Part shown: positions 37,385 to 51,295 of the stretch, piece after piece
Layout of the letters: the number at the start of each line of letters is the position of its first letter
Position numbering within the stretch: position 1 is the stretch's first letter
Assembly (NCBI GenBank): GCA_032718475.1
Contig: JAUCBJ010004529.1
Coordinates: 1-64,000 of the forward strand
Length of the DNA: 64,000 nucleotides
Direction of reading: 5' to 3'
Origin: Nemertoderma westbladi
Lineage: Eukaryota > Animalia > Xenacoelomorpha
Position numbers and translations under genes: made by a program
Notes under the pieces: model-generated
The model's input: only the letters and a program-made list of their open reading frames with translations
Databases searched by the model: none
Told to the model about the DNA's origin: nothing

Positions 37385-37760
37385 TCAGTTTAATGTAACG
37401 ATAAGTTTAATACAATTTATAGTTTAATACATAGATCGGTTTTATACAAATATGAGTTTAATATATACTGTAGATCAGTTATATACAAATATGAGTTTAA
37501 TAATAGATCGGTTTATACAAATATGAGTTTAATACATAGATCAGTTTTATACAAATTTGAGTTTAATATATAGAGCAGTTTTATACAAAGATGAGTTTAA
37601 TACATAGATAAGATTTAATGATCAGTTTTTACAATTATGATGAGTTTATAGCGATCAGTTTAATACAATTTATAGTTAATTAAACAGTTCAGTTTAAACA
37701 AATATGAGTTTAATACATTGATCCGTTTTATAGAATAATGAGTTTAATAAATCGATAAGT
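37385..37760. repeat. AT-rich ~33-bp tandem repeat inside the Sola element
   Basis: atagatc(a/g)gttttatacaaatatgagtttaat is repeated. Confidence 0.85.
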
Positions 37761-38499
37761 TGTATTCAATACAGATCTACTCATTAGCTAAAGAGTGATC
37801 GTAGCCACTATTAAGGTCTGTTTATGATTGTTTCGATGTCATCGATAACCAGAAAGACGATCTGTTTCCTGGCATGAGATTAACAAGTTTCTTTAGGATA
37901 ATCTCCTTCTTTGCTGTGTTAATTCCCCGTACACCTTCTTTCTTCTGTGGAATTTCTGGGTGATACCTCTCTTGAAGGAATTCTACACACTTCTCTGCTT
38001 CTTTGAAGTCTCTTTTATACACCATCTTGCGACACCCTTTGTTAAATCTCACCTGGACTACCTCTGTAATATAGGGAAGCGCCTCTTTCAGCTTCTTGGA
38101 ATACGTTAGTTTCTTCAACCACTTGTGGAATTCCGGGGTTAATACAACCAAATCTTTTCTACTGTTGGCCATAACCATAGTGACGTATTTCAAATCATAC
38201 ATTGCTGGTTGTCTTTTAATACTCCTCTCTATATTTCCATGAACCGAATCGGCTAACATGTGCGTATGTCCCTTGGTGAGGTACTTCAATGTGATTGACT
38301 GTGGCCCCCCTGTGGCATTGACAATCGCTACACATGCGCCAAAGAGCAACCAGTTTTTATTTTGACCCGTACAATTATCCAGCCAAAATATAAACTCTTT
38401 GGAATCCCGCTCTTCTCTGATGATCCTTAACATACAATCGGCCAATGAGTCAGCATCCCGACCTTGCAGCCCCTCATGCCACACCACACAATAGTCATT

Positions 38500-38750
38500 C
38501 ATCCCCCCTCCAACGTCACCACTACCAAACCCCTCAGTATGTCCCCCTCCAATGTCACCACTCCCCTCAATATGTCCCCCTCCAACGTCACCACTCCCAC
38601 TCCCCTCTGTATGTCCCCCTCCAACGTCACCACTCCCACTCTCCTCAATATGTCCCCCTCCAACGTCACCACTCCCACTCCCCTCTGTATGTCCCCCTCC
38701 AACGTAACCACTTCCACTCCCCTCTGTATGTCCCCCTCCAACGTCACCAT
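38500..38750. repeat. 39-bp minisatellite inside the Sola ORF (reads GDVGGGHTEGSGS on the minus strand)
   Basis: atgtccccctccaacgtcaccactcccactcccctctgt, about 6 copies. Confidence 0.92.
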
Positions 38751-41700
38751 TTACCAGAAGCATTGGAATCATTAGGGGGTATAGCCTTCCTCCGTAGAGG
38801 ATATTGTTTGCGTGTGGCAGACATTGTTTACTTACACGAATATCAGTGCTATGCTTTATATAAAATAAACAAACTGGCTTGCTACCAAGAGTCAAGAAAG
38901 TGTTTAAAAAAACTGTTGTTCTGATTCTTTGATCGATGAATTGCTTATAGATGACAAAACGTTATGGTACAGTAACACAACCTACTGGTAAACTCTTGTT
39001 ACCTAAACTCTCATGGTTGTTTACCTAAACTGAAACTTTACAATATGTTATCATAACGCTTTGTGTAGTTTGTTAATGCCTGAATTGTTGATTTATGAAT
39101 TAACTACCGGTAAACGGTAGCTGGCCGCGACAATTGCAAATGAATTGTTCAGACTAAATGACCGGTTAACTGTGTTTTGAAATATATCTAGAACATTTAT
39201 TGAACATTGAATTTGTAATCAAAACCGTCTATCTGAGAAAGATTTGTTCTAGAGGTGGTCCAAAACCGTCTATCTCCAGATAGATGGTTTTGATAAATTA
39301 AACGAATTTCCGAAACAGAGATACACTGTTTTGATAAATTAATAATCATGGAGATCTTGCATCCTATTGGTCAGTTAATTTTTTTCGGTTAATTTTTCTC
39401 AGATAAATGGTTTTGATTAAAAATTGCTTCAAAAAATATCGAGATACACGGTTTTGGTCGCAAACTATTTTCTTTGCATTTGATTTTCAAGCTTCGGGAC
39501 CTGGATAGAAAGATGCGCCTTGTAATTCTGATTCCAAATATATAAATATGTCATTTTCGTCAAAAATCGAGATACACGGTTTTGGAATATAAGGGCCGAG
39601 CTACTGTATCTGTATAGGCCTACTGTAATATCCTGTAGTAACAATAAACTTTCTACTCCAGAACGTCTTTTGAAATCTTCATTGATGGCATACAGTATCC
39701 ATTTTATGCTAATTTAAGATGATATACCGTACAGTGCAGTTGTAGTTTATAGTTCTAAGTACAATAATTGAAGTTATTATTATAGTTAGTAATTAAGTCA
39801 TTATTTCTTAACATGATAATTTCATGTGAATAACTGAATACTAAAGCATCCAGAACGCCGATAAGTAGAAATAATGTAACAAAAATGCGTCCTTGTATTG
39901 TATGGTAACGCCTCGATGCGCTTGTCGCTTTCTCTGTACACCAAATACACTAGGGTCATGGCACTGAAAAGTGCTAATTTTCAAACAATGATGTTAATTT
40001 TTAATGAAAGTTATTATTCCACCAAAATGTTTATTTAACCGATTTATTGTGACGATTCAGGAATACAGATTGTATTACAGTAAATACATTGGATCGATAA
40101 TACTACAGTACAACAGCTGACTGCATTTTCCCACAAATGGTGGATGTAATATTGCACGTTGCTGGTACATAAAAATTACATTTTAGGCACACTGGGTGGC
40201 CCACAACCGCTGGGTGGCGCACAACACTCCGGGCCCTTTAGGGATGATTTTATCAAAACACAGGTTTTACGCATCAATACACCATTTTTTTCAAACACTC
40301 ATTACCGATGCACTTAGCCGCACTCCAGTCAGACAGAAACCGTACAAATTTAGGCGTCCTGTACGCTTTACCTGTAAGTCAACGATTTTTATCTTGATAT
40401 TTATTTCATTGGCTTCTTGATGGTCGATTACGGTGGTATGTTTCAGGTAATAACAATTAACTCGAACCTCGCTCTTCATAATGTACAGTAGTTCACAACG
40501 AATGCGCTGATTAAATGGATTTTAGATTCACTCTTATTTTTTAATGGTGCCTTTTAAAATTTGAATCCTTGAAAATGATTGTCAATCAATAGTCAAGGTA
40601 TGTGAGGTCCTTAACGACGAAAGTGAATTGAAATAATGTAATGTAATATGAATACAGATCCCCCGAACCAACTCTTGTACAGAACAGCATCTACAGCACC
40701 CATATACAGTACTAGGCCTACTACAATCGGCATGTTGCATTTCACCTGCATTATCTATATCATACATATTAAGAATGTATGCCGGCTTGTCATCAAAATT
40801 GCTTCGCCACAGGAAGTGGCCAATTTAGACAAAATCTTTGGGGGGGGGGGGGGGGGGGGGGGGGGTTACTTTGTTAGTTGCAATTTTTCTGCTTAGAATA
40901 TTAAATTTTACTGAGTAAAATCTATTTTTTTATCTCTCAAGTATAGGTGATAGATTTGATTATTGATATTACTAATAATTAATAGGAACTACTGTACTCT
41001 TACAACTTTTATCACATGTGAAGAAAGCTATGTTTCGAGATGATATATTATAAAAATTATAAAATTGATGGTTTATGCTGAGAGAATAGCATGCCATTTA
41101 TTATCAATAATTTTTGCCACGAGATCTTTATATCTTTAATTTAGCATGTTAGCTTGTATTCTGCTATAAGCAGAGATAGGCGAATGGAGCTCGCAACAAT
41201 TTTCTTCGAATTGTGCCATATAAAAAGTATGTTACTGTGTATAATGTTGGAAAAAATGTGCAAAATTGTGCAGTGAGAAAGGGCATTTTGTTATTAACAC
41301 TTACAGACTAATGAGAACTTACAGGCAAATTAAATTTTTAAATAATTACTGTACACAACAGGCCCTACAACAATAAAAAAATAACAGTGTACGTTCAGTA
41401 AGTATTGGTTATATTGTGATTGAAGTTGAAAGGTCATTCAGCACTCAGCAGCAACGTTTTATGTTTAGTGAGGGCATATTAGCACTTGCACCGATTGTAT
41501 TTACAAACTATAAACATTGAAATAATACATTGAAAATATACGAATAGTAAGTATAGTGTTAGTGTCACGCACTCAAAACCTCACACTACACGTAACACTT
41601 ATAGAGTAAAAGAAAAACCACATAAAATGAAATATGACCTCCAGAAACGATACAGCAGACAGTCGTTATAATGAATATGGTCTGGTACTTTTTCTTTTTG

Positions 41701-42171
41701 TTCAAGACAGTAGGGCCTACAGCATGGTATGAAATATTTTAATGAATTATCTTAAATAACAGTCCACGATGTTTACAAGCATTCACAATTACTGTAGGTT
41801 TTCATATCAATTAGTTTACGCAGCTACATATCGTTACAAAATATGTAATATATATAAACTCACGATCTGTGTCTGGAACATTTCGTTCATGTAATTAATA
41901 TAGTCCTACACGAACGATATGTTAAAGATCCTGAACGTGATTTTATAAGAGAATTATATCACCTGCGACAGGCGAAGAATTCGATTTTGCAAAAAGACGC
42001 ATTTTTATAGATTTATAGGAAGGGATTTAGGGGTCTTATAAAAAATTTAAATGCAAAATCGAATATTCCGGGTCATGGGGATATCAACGGTTCGAGTTGA
42101 ACTAGTTGTATTTCAAATTTCAAGCAATAAGATAAACAATTGTAGAAAATATGTGGTGGGGGTGGGGGGGG

Positions 42172-42940
42172 GGACAATTGCCCCCCGGACAATTGCCCCC
42201 GGACAATTGCCGCCCGGACAATTTCCCCCGGACAATTGCCGCCCGGACAATTGCCCCCGGACAATTGCCGCCCGGACAATTGCCCCCGGACAATTATTTC
42301 CCCCGGGACAATTGCCCCCCGAGGAAAATTGCCCTCCTGACAATTGCCCCCCGAGGACAATTGCCCCCCGAACAATTGCCCACGGACTATTGCCCCCCGG
42401 ACAATTGCCCCCCGGACTATTGCCACCCGGACAATTGCCCCCGATATTTTACTTAATGAATATATTTTAAATCTTGAAATCCCTTGAATGTTCTCGTATA
42501 GTTTTATGAAATTCAAGTAATATTAACCTTGATCAACACTTCTAAACTTTTAATTATTCTGCTTTTTTTTCAAAAAATTCAAGATTTTTTCTAGAACAAT
42601 TTGATTTGATAACCATTTCTAAACTTTTTAATTTTATGTGTTTTTCAAAATATGCATGAAATACATCGAAATACATTGGAAAAATATCGAAATTATTGAG
42701 CACATAAATAAGCAAACATGGATGTTTTATTAAATATAACACCAGCTACTGTATATAAAATTATTGGTTTAATGTTGTAACAAGTTAGGAAGACTAAATT
42801 GCTAGTTAGGAACGACCTTATTTATTTTGAAATTTTCCTTGGGGCCAATTTATTGATTGGTGGGTTATTGTTATTGGGGGGCAATTGTCCGTGGGGCAAT
42901 TGTCCTCGGGGGCAATTGTCCGGAGTGCAATAGTCCGGGA
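42172..42940. mobile_element. Non-autonomous DNA element with inverted arrays of a ~15-bp unit (cggacaattgccccc)
   Basis: Tandem array at 42172-42443 and reverse-complement copies (ggggcaattgtcc) at 42876-42940. Superfamily not determined. Confidence 0.75.
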
Positions 42941-43310
42941 GGAGTGCGTTTTAACCAACTTTTAGTCGAAAAAAAATACCCACCCCAAATTTTTTTTTCA
43001 GAACAACCACATGCACTAGTTATTTCAGAAAAAAAAAATTTTAAAATATTTGACCGGGCTATTGTCTTTTAATTAACAATTATAAATTATTAAATTATTA
43101 TAATTATATTAATAATATTATATAACTTTAAAAAAATTACCCATTCAAAATTTTGATTTATTTGCAGTCTACATGATGTTTTTGTTTAAATTTAGCTTGA
43201 ACTAACATATTTCATCGGGCTATTGGCCTTTAATACAAAATAATTAAATGGCTCATATTGAAATTATGTAGCCGCGAACAGAATAATTTGAAATTTCGCA
43301 TAAAATATTA

Positions 43311-43827
43311 CTTCTATTGATCCATTAGCACCATTCGAACGGTAATCATCGATTTAGTTGGGGTAGAAACCTCCAAAAAAAGAGTAGAGCTGTTAGTTCT
43401 CGAGATATTGTACAAAAGGTGTACATTAGGCTCACTATGCGCTTTTTGTACACACAACTCTATATGACACCTTTTGTGAAATATCTCGAGAACTAACAGC
43501 TCTACTCTTTTTTTGGAGGTTTCTACCCCAACTAAATCGATGATTGCCTTTCGAATGGTACTATGTTTGATTCAATAGAATCATCAATAGAACATTATTA
43601 CTGAAATTTATTGGTAATTTATTTATTACTTATTTATTACTGGAATTTATTATTTGTTACTGAAAATAATACTAATAATAAACCTGCAGACTCAAACTTA
43701 GGCGCATTAGGTTATAATTATATAAAGGCGGCAAACTGCCGCAATTATGAGCACGGTCATGAGATATTTATAATGAAAAAGGCGGTAATGTGCCGCCTTT
43801 TTTTAGTTTTGGTGCGCAAAGGGTTAA
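43311..43827. mobile_element. Long hairpin (~90-bp near-perfect arms) followed by a piggyBac-like right end
   Basis: 43334-43422 is inverted at 43467-43558; ggtgcgcaaaggg|ttaa at 43811-43827. Left end not seen. Confidence 0.6.
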
Positions 43828-45239
43828 ACAAAATGTGTGATCATTTCTCCTACATTTTAATTCGAATATAAATTACAGAATTGCCCCGCATGGGGGCGTA
43901 GTTTAAAAAAAAGCAATTTACATACTCATTCTATTACATTGAAATAAATTTATGTTAAATCTATTTAATACTATATTGAACCGTGGTTGTTGAAACAACT
44001 GTACACACAGCTGAAGTATCGCACCATGACACCTCTGGCCCACTGTGTATGGGCGCCGTCCTGTCCTGGTGTGATCTATTCGGCTCCATTTTTTTTGCAT
44101 TTGTCCGAGTTACAAGGCCGAGATAATTGCCTTTGATCTTTGAACCTTCCCTCGCAAAAACTACACTGTATCTGTTAATATGTGAGAATATCTGCCAATA
44201 TATATCTAGCAAGACAAAAGCACAAAACCATACTATGATTTTAGCTATGGGGCTTTCCTCGTCGCTGATTTCAGGTCTGAGGTCTGTTTTCACTTTTAAT
44301 AAAATCTAGTCAGACTGTTTGTCTGTCTGTCGGTCTTTCTGATTATCAGACAATCAGTCCGTCAAATATAAGGAACGGGTAGACCATCTAGCTAAAGGTT
44401 TTGCTCTAGGGGTTTTCCTGGTCGCAGAACCCATTTTCAGTGTCAGATTTAACATTTGATTACTTCTAAATTGTCTCTTTGGCTGTCGGTTATATATTGA
44501 CGCCATATTATAAAATATAATAAATTTTATAATATGAAATTGGAAATTGTATGAATTCCATTGTTTTGAGACATACTGACGGACAGACGGACAGTAAAAC
44601 GGACAGACAGCCATATCTCGAGAAGTAAGACAGATCTGTCAAAACGGTTTACATATTTGAAATCTTGATCAAAATCTGCTCTAGAAGGAATAGAAAAAAA
44701 AATTTGAAAGCCAGTACCCCCCCCCCCCCCCCCCCCCCCCCCTAACATCGCCCAACAACCGAAGATGAACATACAAATAGTTGGTTCAACTACGAAAGTA
44801 AAGATTTAAAAGAGAAGGTGATCGGCTTCACAACATCTAATGGTAATGAAAGGTAGAACTTTGGGATGCTAAACGAGAATTTAAAAAAGTTATCCGGAGG
44901 AAGAAATCTGAATTGAATGAAAAACTCTTGCTGGAAAAGTTAAAACAAACTGAGACAACGCCGTGGATTCTTCTAGAGGATTATAACCCACCAACTGTAG
45001 CACCAATTGCCACAGAGAGACTGGAGGGCCAGGAAATGGTTGTCAGTGGTTCAGATCCTGTACCAGAATCAACAAGAACAGGATCGTAAGGCAAGTGGAC
45101 CCTACAGAGTCTACAGTGGACACATGACACAATCGATATGGGTATTGATGTCGATTTTATTTCTTCATTTAATACCTGCGTAAACATTGCTCGAGTTCCA
45201 TCCGCGTGGTCAACGAGTATTATTAAAATTCTATACAAA

Positions 45240-46200
45240 TAGAACGGAGATAAATCAATTCCAGATAACTATAGAGGAATTGCCTTGATTAGCTTATACT
45301 TAAAAACTCTAATGAAGGTTATTAACTCGAGAGATAGAGAAATCACATTATTGGTCTGCTTCCGGTGGAGCAATTTGACTTTATATATATCGTCTACAGG
45401 AAAGCTTTTGATGTGGTGAACCGACGAATTTTATTACACAAGTTGTACAATCAATTTGGAATAAAAGATAACATATTATTTATCTGATTATCTTCGGAAC
45501 ATTGTAGAGATCTATGATGGCATGAAATTTTCAAATCCGATTGAGCACCTAAGAGGCATTCTCAAGGCGGATACATTTTCACCGATCTGCTTTATTGTGT
45601 TTACAGCAGATCTAGCGGCTACGGAAACCCATATCGGCCACGTCGCGTGCAAACTTCCATGTCACGCGCGCAAACTTCTTTCTTTGCGGACGATCTGCCC
45701 ATTTATTCCTCCTAAAAACTCGATATTCAAAGAGATAATGCAGTTTTCAGGTGGTCCAAACGCAACGAAATTGTTGTCAACTTATCTAAAACTAAAATAA
45801 TGAAGTACCGGAATGGCGGCAGGCAGGTTAGCCGCTGATGACAAGTTTTAATACGATGGAAATCTAGAGGAGATAGATAATAGCTATGACTACATTGATG
45901 TAACATTACAACCTTTTCTGGCTTTCACTAAACATATAAATCGTAAAAAATATAAAGCGTTTGCTGCTATAGGGTGCTTCGAAAAATCTACAACGAGTCT
46001 CAATAGACACGGGTATGAAAATATTTCAAATGAAAATTGACCCAATAATGGTGACTTTACGCCTTCAATGAGATTGAAATCTATTATACACCGTGTCAAC
46101 TCAAGGAAATAGATAAAATCAAAGGAGGCTTCATAAAGAAATTTATAGGCCTTCATGAGAATGCTTCAACAACACTTGCTCTTCACATGATTGGCACAGC
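45240..46200 (+). mobile_element. Highly degraded LINE reverse transcriptase
   Basis: NYRGIALIS (~45268), KAFDVVNR (~45402), GIL..DTFSPICF and FADDL (~45682), in broken frames. Confidence 0.8.
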
Positions 46201-47090
46201 AACACCTAGTATCTCGGTTTCCACCAACATGTGTGCAGGAATCTAACACCTTTCCACTAGACTTGAGCATATAATATATATATTTACTTTTATTCAGTCT
46301 CATTATTTCATCGCTTCTCTAATAATTGTTTTCCTTGAATTAAAGATATAAATGTTGGGGAGTACATACAATTTATCTTCATAATAATATTTGAATCACT
46401 TCAGTATTTACAGGGGCAAGTATATCATGGTTTGTTTCAACAACTACAGGTTGGGTTCAAATTTCCATTAAATTATAAACACATAGGTTAGGTTGTACAA
46501 ATAATATTCCTAATATTGTAATAATATTCATATAGCCCGCGATTAGTCGCCTAGGAATACCATATTCCAATTAATTCAACGGAAACGATTTCAAAAATTC
46601 TTATATCCTTAAAATCTCGAGGGTTGAATTTCCCTGAAACTATCTGTACTATATCTTCCAGCATGTAGTTCCCAAGTAGATCCTTCTGTGGATTTTCGTG
46701 AGGATGCCACCTCTTGAATCCATTACTTGGTTTGGGTAATTGGGATTCTATTCAGTTAACGGAAAGAGATACCCACAATAACTGATTGAAGCTCCTATGG
46801 CGCACTATCTCAATCTCATTATATTATTAATTATTTCTTTAAGATTTCTGGTTCCATTGAGACTGATATAAACCATTAAGAGTTCATTTATATATTTCTG
46901 GTTTCGTTTCGGCTGCTTTCCTAATCTTTCTAATGGGATGTCTTTTATCTTATTTTCCGTATTCAGCATCATTTTGCATATTTCTGTTGAATTCTATATT
47001 ATTTTAATTCACATTCTATTTTTAATTACAATTTTGATGATGAGTCATTTGTATATATTAATTCTCTGTAGCTATAAATTTAAAAACCTG

Positions 47091-47209
47091 GAGGGTGTTT
47101 CACGTAGTTTCATTTGATTTAATTAAATGAAACTTCGTGAAACGCAAATTTCTTACATGATACTTCATTTACGCCAATTTAGTTAAATGACGCTTCGTGA
47201 AACACCCCC
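47091..47209. mobile_element. ~120-bp palindromic MITE, Harbinger-like with CWG flanks
   Basis: ctg|gagggtgtttcacg ... cgtgaaacaccccc|cag, with an internal hairpin. Confidence 0.6.
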
Positions 47210-47469
47210 CAGCTCATTCATTTCATTTAATTTAATTCGGTCTTTGCCGACAATATAAAATAAAAGTGCACCGAAATACGTTACACACAAATTATAATGC
47301 AAGTTAAGTAAAAACGATAATTGGTACAATTAACGTGGTTCAAAAAAATACCAGATAACACTTGAGACATAACGAATATTACAATAAAGTCGTCATTGAA
47401 GTACTAGATGAGGTTAAAGTACTGCTGGATACAATTATGTTAGCTGTCAAAAGGTAATGAATGCACTGT

Positions 47470-49180
47470 TGTCTTAGCACGGTTGAATGATGTTGTAGTG
47501 GGCAGTTTCTCTGTGTGTCAGTGACCGTGGTGATAATCTAGAGAAAATTTCCCTCTTACTGAATTTATATGTAAGCAGAGACAATAGGAGCGGGATAGGA
47601 AATTGGCGTCCGCAGGTGTTATAAGTCGATCCTAGGCCGGTATATGAACGATTATTATGTGTATTTAGTTGTGTTAAACATCTTAAGATTGTTTGAAGAT
47701 TAACATTTGGACAGTCCGTAACACATATTATGGTACTGATTGAAGCTGTAAAGGAGTCGGATGAGATTGGGTTGCAGTTCAGTAGAGCATATGTGACTTG
47801 GTTACTTGCATAGTTGCCCAGGTGCAAAAGTCCACGCAATATTTTCCTGTAGTAGACGTCAAGATTGGTTAATTCTGTGTCTGTTAAAGCACCAACTAGG
47901 AATCTTATACTGTAAAGTAAATATTAAAGCACCAACTAGGAATCTTATACTGTAAAGTAAATATTATGGGAATTGCAATATACCGCCAAAGGTGACTCAA
48001 GGTGGAATTGGTTAACCACCTTGTGGTCCATCCATTTCTATGAAATGACTCTGAAATCGAGGCAATGATTTGGATGCTGTCAGCTAGAGCCTCCGCATGG
48101 TCGTTAAATTTTAATCCCAAATAGTGATAAGACTGTCAGGCAGGAACCAGAACACAGTTATATTGAGGAATGTGGCAACATGGCCTGGTGCGATGGGTGA
48201 GTATGAACATCCAATGTGTCTTGGATTCTTCAATGTTTAACTGAACTTTCGCCAAATTTTCAGTGACTATGTCAACTTGCTTCTCGATTTCATCAGCAGA
48301 TCTACCGATTAGTAGGATGTCGTCAGCATACCCTATGGAGCCCACCCAACCATCAGAGAAGCTGTGTCCGAAACCGGCGCTGTCCAAAGTACCTAGTATA
48401 CCAGCAGTGTATGTGTTGAAAAGTAATGGGGATAATAACGAACCTTGTTTCACGCCACGTGTGAGTGGGATCCCAATCTCCGAGATTTTTGATCCAAATT
48501 TGAGGAATGCAGTGCTGAATTTGTAGTATGTTAGTAGTGCAAGACATATATGGGGGTTTAAGTGATGACGTAGTTTGCTAAATAGAGTAAAGTATTCAAC
48601 GTTGTCGAACACAGAGGCTACATCCAATTCGCAGAGGTAACTGGTGGTTCCCTTTCTGCGTTGGGTTTCGAGACATTTCAGGCTTGCGCTAATGATGAGG
48701 TCGAATCCAATTTTCTTCTGATAGGCCATTTGGGATGGTGGGATAATATCTGGGGTGGAGAGGAACTCACTGAGTAACACAGACTCGAATATCTTTGCAA
48801 ATAGGTTTACTGTAGCGATCCGACGATACGACTTTGAGAGTAGAGGATCACGTCCCTTGCCTTTGTACAGATGGGAAACAATTGTTTCACAAAATACCTG
48901 AGGAACTTCGCCGAGTCTGAAAGTAGCATTTATGATCTCTGACAAAACATGACATAAATCCTGTGTTAATTCTGAGGATGTGTTCAATCACAAGGGAATT
49001 AACATCAGCGGCCTTACCTTTGGAAAGTTTTAAAACGGTTCTCTTTATTGTTAGAGGAGAAACTGTTGGAAATTAAGCTGTTGTCCTTGCCTCCTCTAGC
49101 TCTTCAATGACTTGGGACTTGGTGTCATTTTGTCTCTTGTGGGTGCTGCTACTAAAATTGCAATTCTGGAACAATGGGTT
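47470..49180 (-). mobile_element. LINE RT fragment (RTE-X-like)
   Basis: ORF 48136-48987: LYKGKG..SYRRI, RGVKQGSLLSPLLFN, GYADDILL; downstream frames are broken; 40-bp tandem duplication at ~47884-47965. Confidence 0.85.
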
Positions 49181-49627
49181 TGACAATTTATGTGATTGTC
49201 TAAATAGTATAGCTGTGTATCACTTTGTACTGTGTACAGTGTATTAGTACTACTTTTTGAAAATTTGTATATCTTATATTACCTATTTATAACTATTGAC
49301 CTGAAAATTTTACTCAATTTTCAGAACCAACTTGCAGCATATAATTATATTTCCAAAAATTCGTCTGATATGTTGCCCTTCACTTAGTATCCTTTGTATA
49401 TCATATATAAAAACTTTCATGTTATGAGAGTCAAAACTTAAAAGCGTTTCAAGTGTAACCACATTTTTATACATTAACTCGTATGAACTAATATTAAATA
49501 AAGGTAGTGAAAATTTTGTTATAATTATTTCCTTTCTGAACAAAAAGAAATAATATATATTTATATGTTTTATCATAGTTTTTTATGGCATTAACTGGTA
49601 GTTTAACTGGAGTACCAGTTAAATAAC

Positions 49628-49741
49628 TGGGAGCAAATCTTGGGATAGGAGTAGCGCCCACCCCTACCCTCAGGTAGCAGCTATTGAAAGAGGAGCCTTC
49701 GGGTCGCCTCCGGCTTCGGCCGACTGTTTGCTTTTTTTTTT
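49628..49741 (+). mobile_element. 3' tail of a 5'-truncated SINE (resembles the tail of Meta-domain tRNA-SINEs)
   Basis: ggagtagcgcccacccctacc..gtagcagctattgaaagaggagccttcgggtcgcc..tttgctttt. Recognised from memory; not verified by search. Confidence 0.55.
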
Positions 49742-50242
49742 ATGGCATACATTTTTTCTGTTTCGTTTTTTTGAAATTTGCTTTGCATACATTATTATAT
49801 TTTTTAATTGCTACTAATAATTTGCTATTTAATTATTTGTAATTGATTAATGATGAATTAATATGATTATTGATTAATGCTTATAATAATTTGACTCTAT
49901 TTAGCCTAACCTGTGTGTGTATTACTAATTATTATGCACATATTTTCTTCTGCTTTTGATTACCTCTGCCTTTAATAGAGTATGAATTTAACGATATCTA
50001 TTTCACGATATCTGCTATTTTACCATGTGTAATTCTGCATGGTTTAAAGAATTTATACTATTAAAAGTTACCTTCTTGTTGTCTGTAAAACCTTTTTCCT
50101 TCGCAAGACTTAATTATAGTTGCAGAGACAATTTTATCTGCATGGCGTTGCTGCATTTGCATTAGCATTCCACTTAATAAAATATTCAAAAAAGATATTT
50201 TTTGGCAATTAAACAAAAACCTACATATCCTATTCTACATAG

Positions 50243-50365
50243 ACTACTACTAGGTCGAGCGAGCTCGGACAGTGTGAATGATGTCCTTCCAGGCTTCCCG
50301 ATTCTCCACAGTTGTCTCAATTTCGTTTCTCCGAAGTCCAGTATCCCTTTTAAGTTAGTCTATAA
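50243..50365 (-). mobile_element. RTE LINE extreme 3' end, same family as 55347-57438
   Basis: Reverse-complement match to 57310-57430, including the (TAG)n tail. Confidence 0.88.
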
Positions 50366-50669
50366 TTTATATACAGTATGTCATAGCCGGTCGTCCATTG
50401 TTAAGCTTTCCTTTGTGTTAGGTGACACAAAAATAGGTCAGCTTAGATCAAAATAGACCACCATCTTGTTCAACCATGACGCAGCTTGGAGTTTCTGCCA
50501 GGAAAAACAGCAGTTCATCTTGTAAGATTAATTGACAAAGCATTCATGGCCGGAGCCACTGGAGAAGATCCAGATTCTGAAGACGGAAGTACCGGCTTCA
50601 GGTATAATAGGTATAATCTATATATCTATATACCTAGGTATAATCTTACTGGTAGTCAACAAGAAATGA

Positions 50670-51295
50670 TTACTGCCCGTGGAAGTTCAAGTGCTGGTTC
50701 GAGTTTGGCACATGATCTTGAGGGTCGAAAGTTTATTGTCAAGTGCTACAAACACGATTGAGAAGCGGAGATAGGTGGTCAAGGAATGTCACTCGAAGAT
50801 CACTGCCAGAAACAGGTGCAAATGCACACCATTGCTGGCAGTATTGCTGAGAGTCTACGTGCCGCAGCACCACCTGAGTTTCGTGCGGTATTTCGTTACA
50901 ATAGAGTATTCTACAGCAAGCCAGACGGCAAAGCAGTTAGGCTACTGTGGAACATTATGTCGATGGAAAGTTTGTGAAATATATAAACAATGATGGGACG
51001 CCACTGCCACTTATGCCGGGCAATGAAGACAAAGAGGCTGTTCTTAAAGCTGAGGCCCTAGTACACTTTAGTTATTATTACTCTGATGATAAATTTATGG
51101 TACTGTATGTTCAAGGTGCTGCATACAATTCATGCAGATGACAAGTTAGACCTAGTACGGCAGGAAAGTGGGAATGCTGAGTGAGGAGACGCTGGTCCGG
51201 ATAATAAGATGGTAACTAATTTCTATGTTGGATACTGTTCTCATATCGCAATGGATATCTTTAAACGGGAACACAAATGTAACGATTCTACTACT
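50670..51295 (+). pseudogene. Alpha-kinase (eEF2K/TRPM7-type kinase domain) pseudogene
   Basis: Across frameshifts: RKFIVKCYK, KQVQMHTIA, VEHYVDGKFVKYINNDG, KAEALVHFSY....FMVLYVQG, FYVGYCS..AM..F..EHKCN. Confidence 0.8.

Larger units (their letters stand above)
36903..39598 (-). mobile_element. Sola (Sola1-like) DNA transposon, internally deleted
   Basis: TIRs cggcccttatattccaaaaccgtgtatctc / gagatacacggttttggaatataagggccg; AGCT on both flanks. ORF motifs WHEG..GR, WLDNCTGQNKN and GHTHMLADSVHGNIE; subterminal aaaaccgtntatctc repeats. Confidence 0.85.

Noticed and set aside
42051-42516. Collagen-like or PPGQL-repeat ORFs
   Set aside because: Translations of the 15-bp subterminal repeat array.
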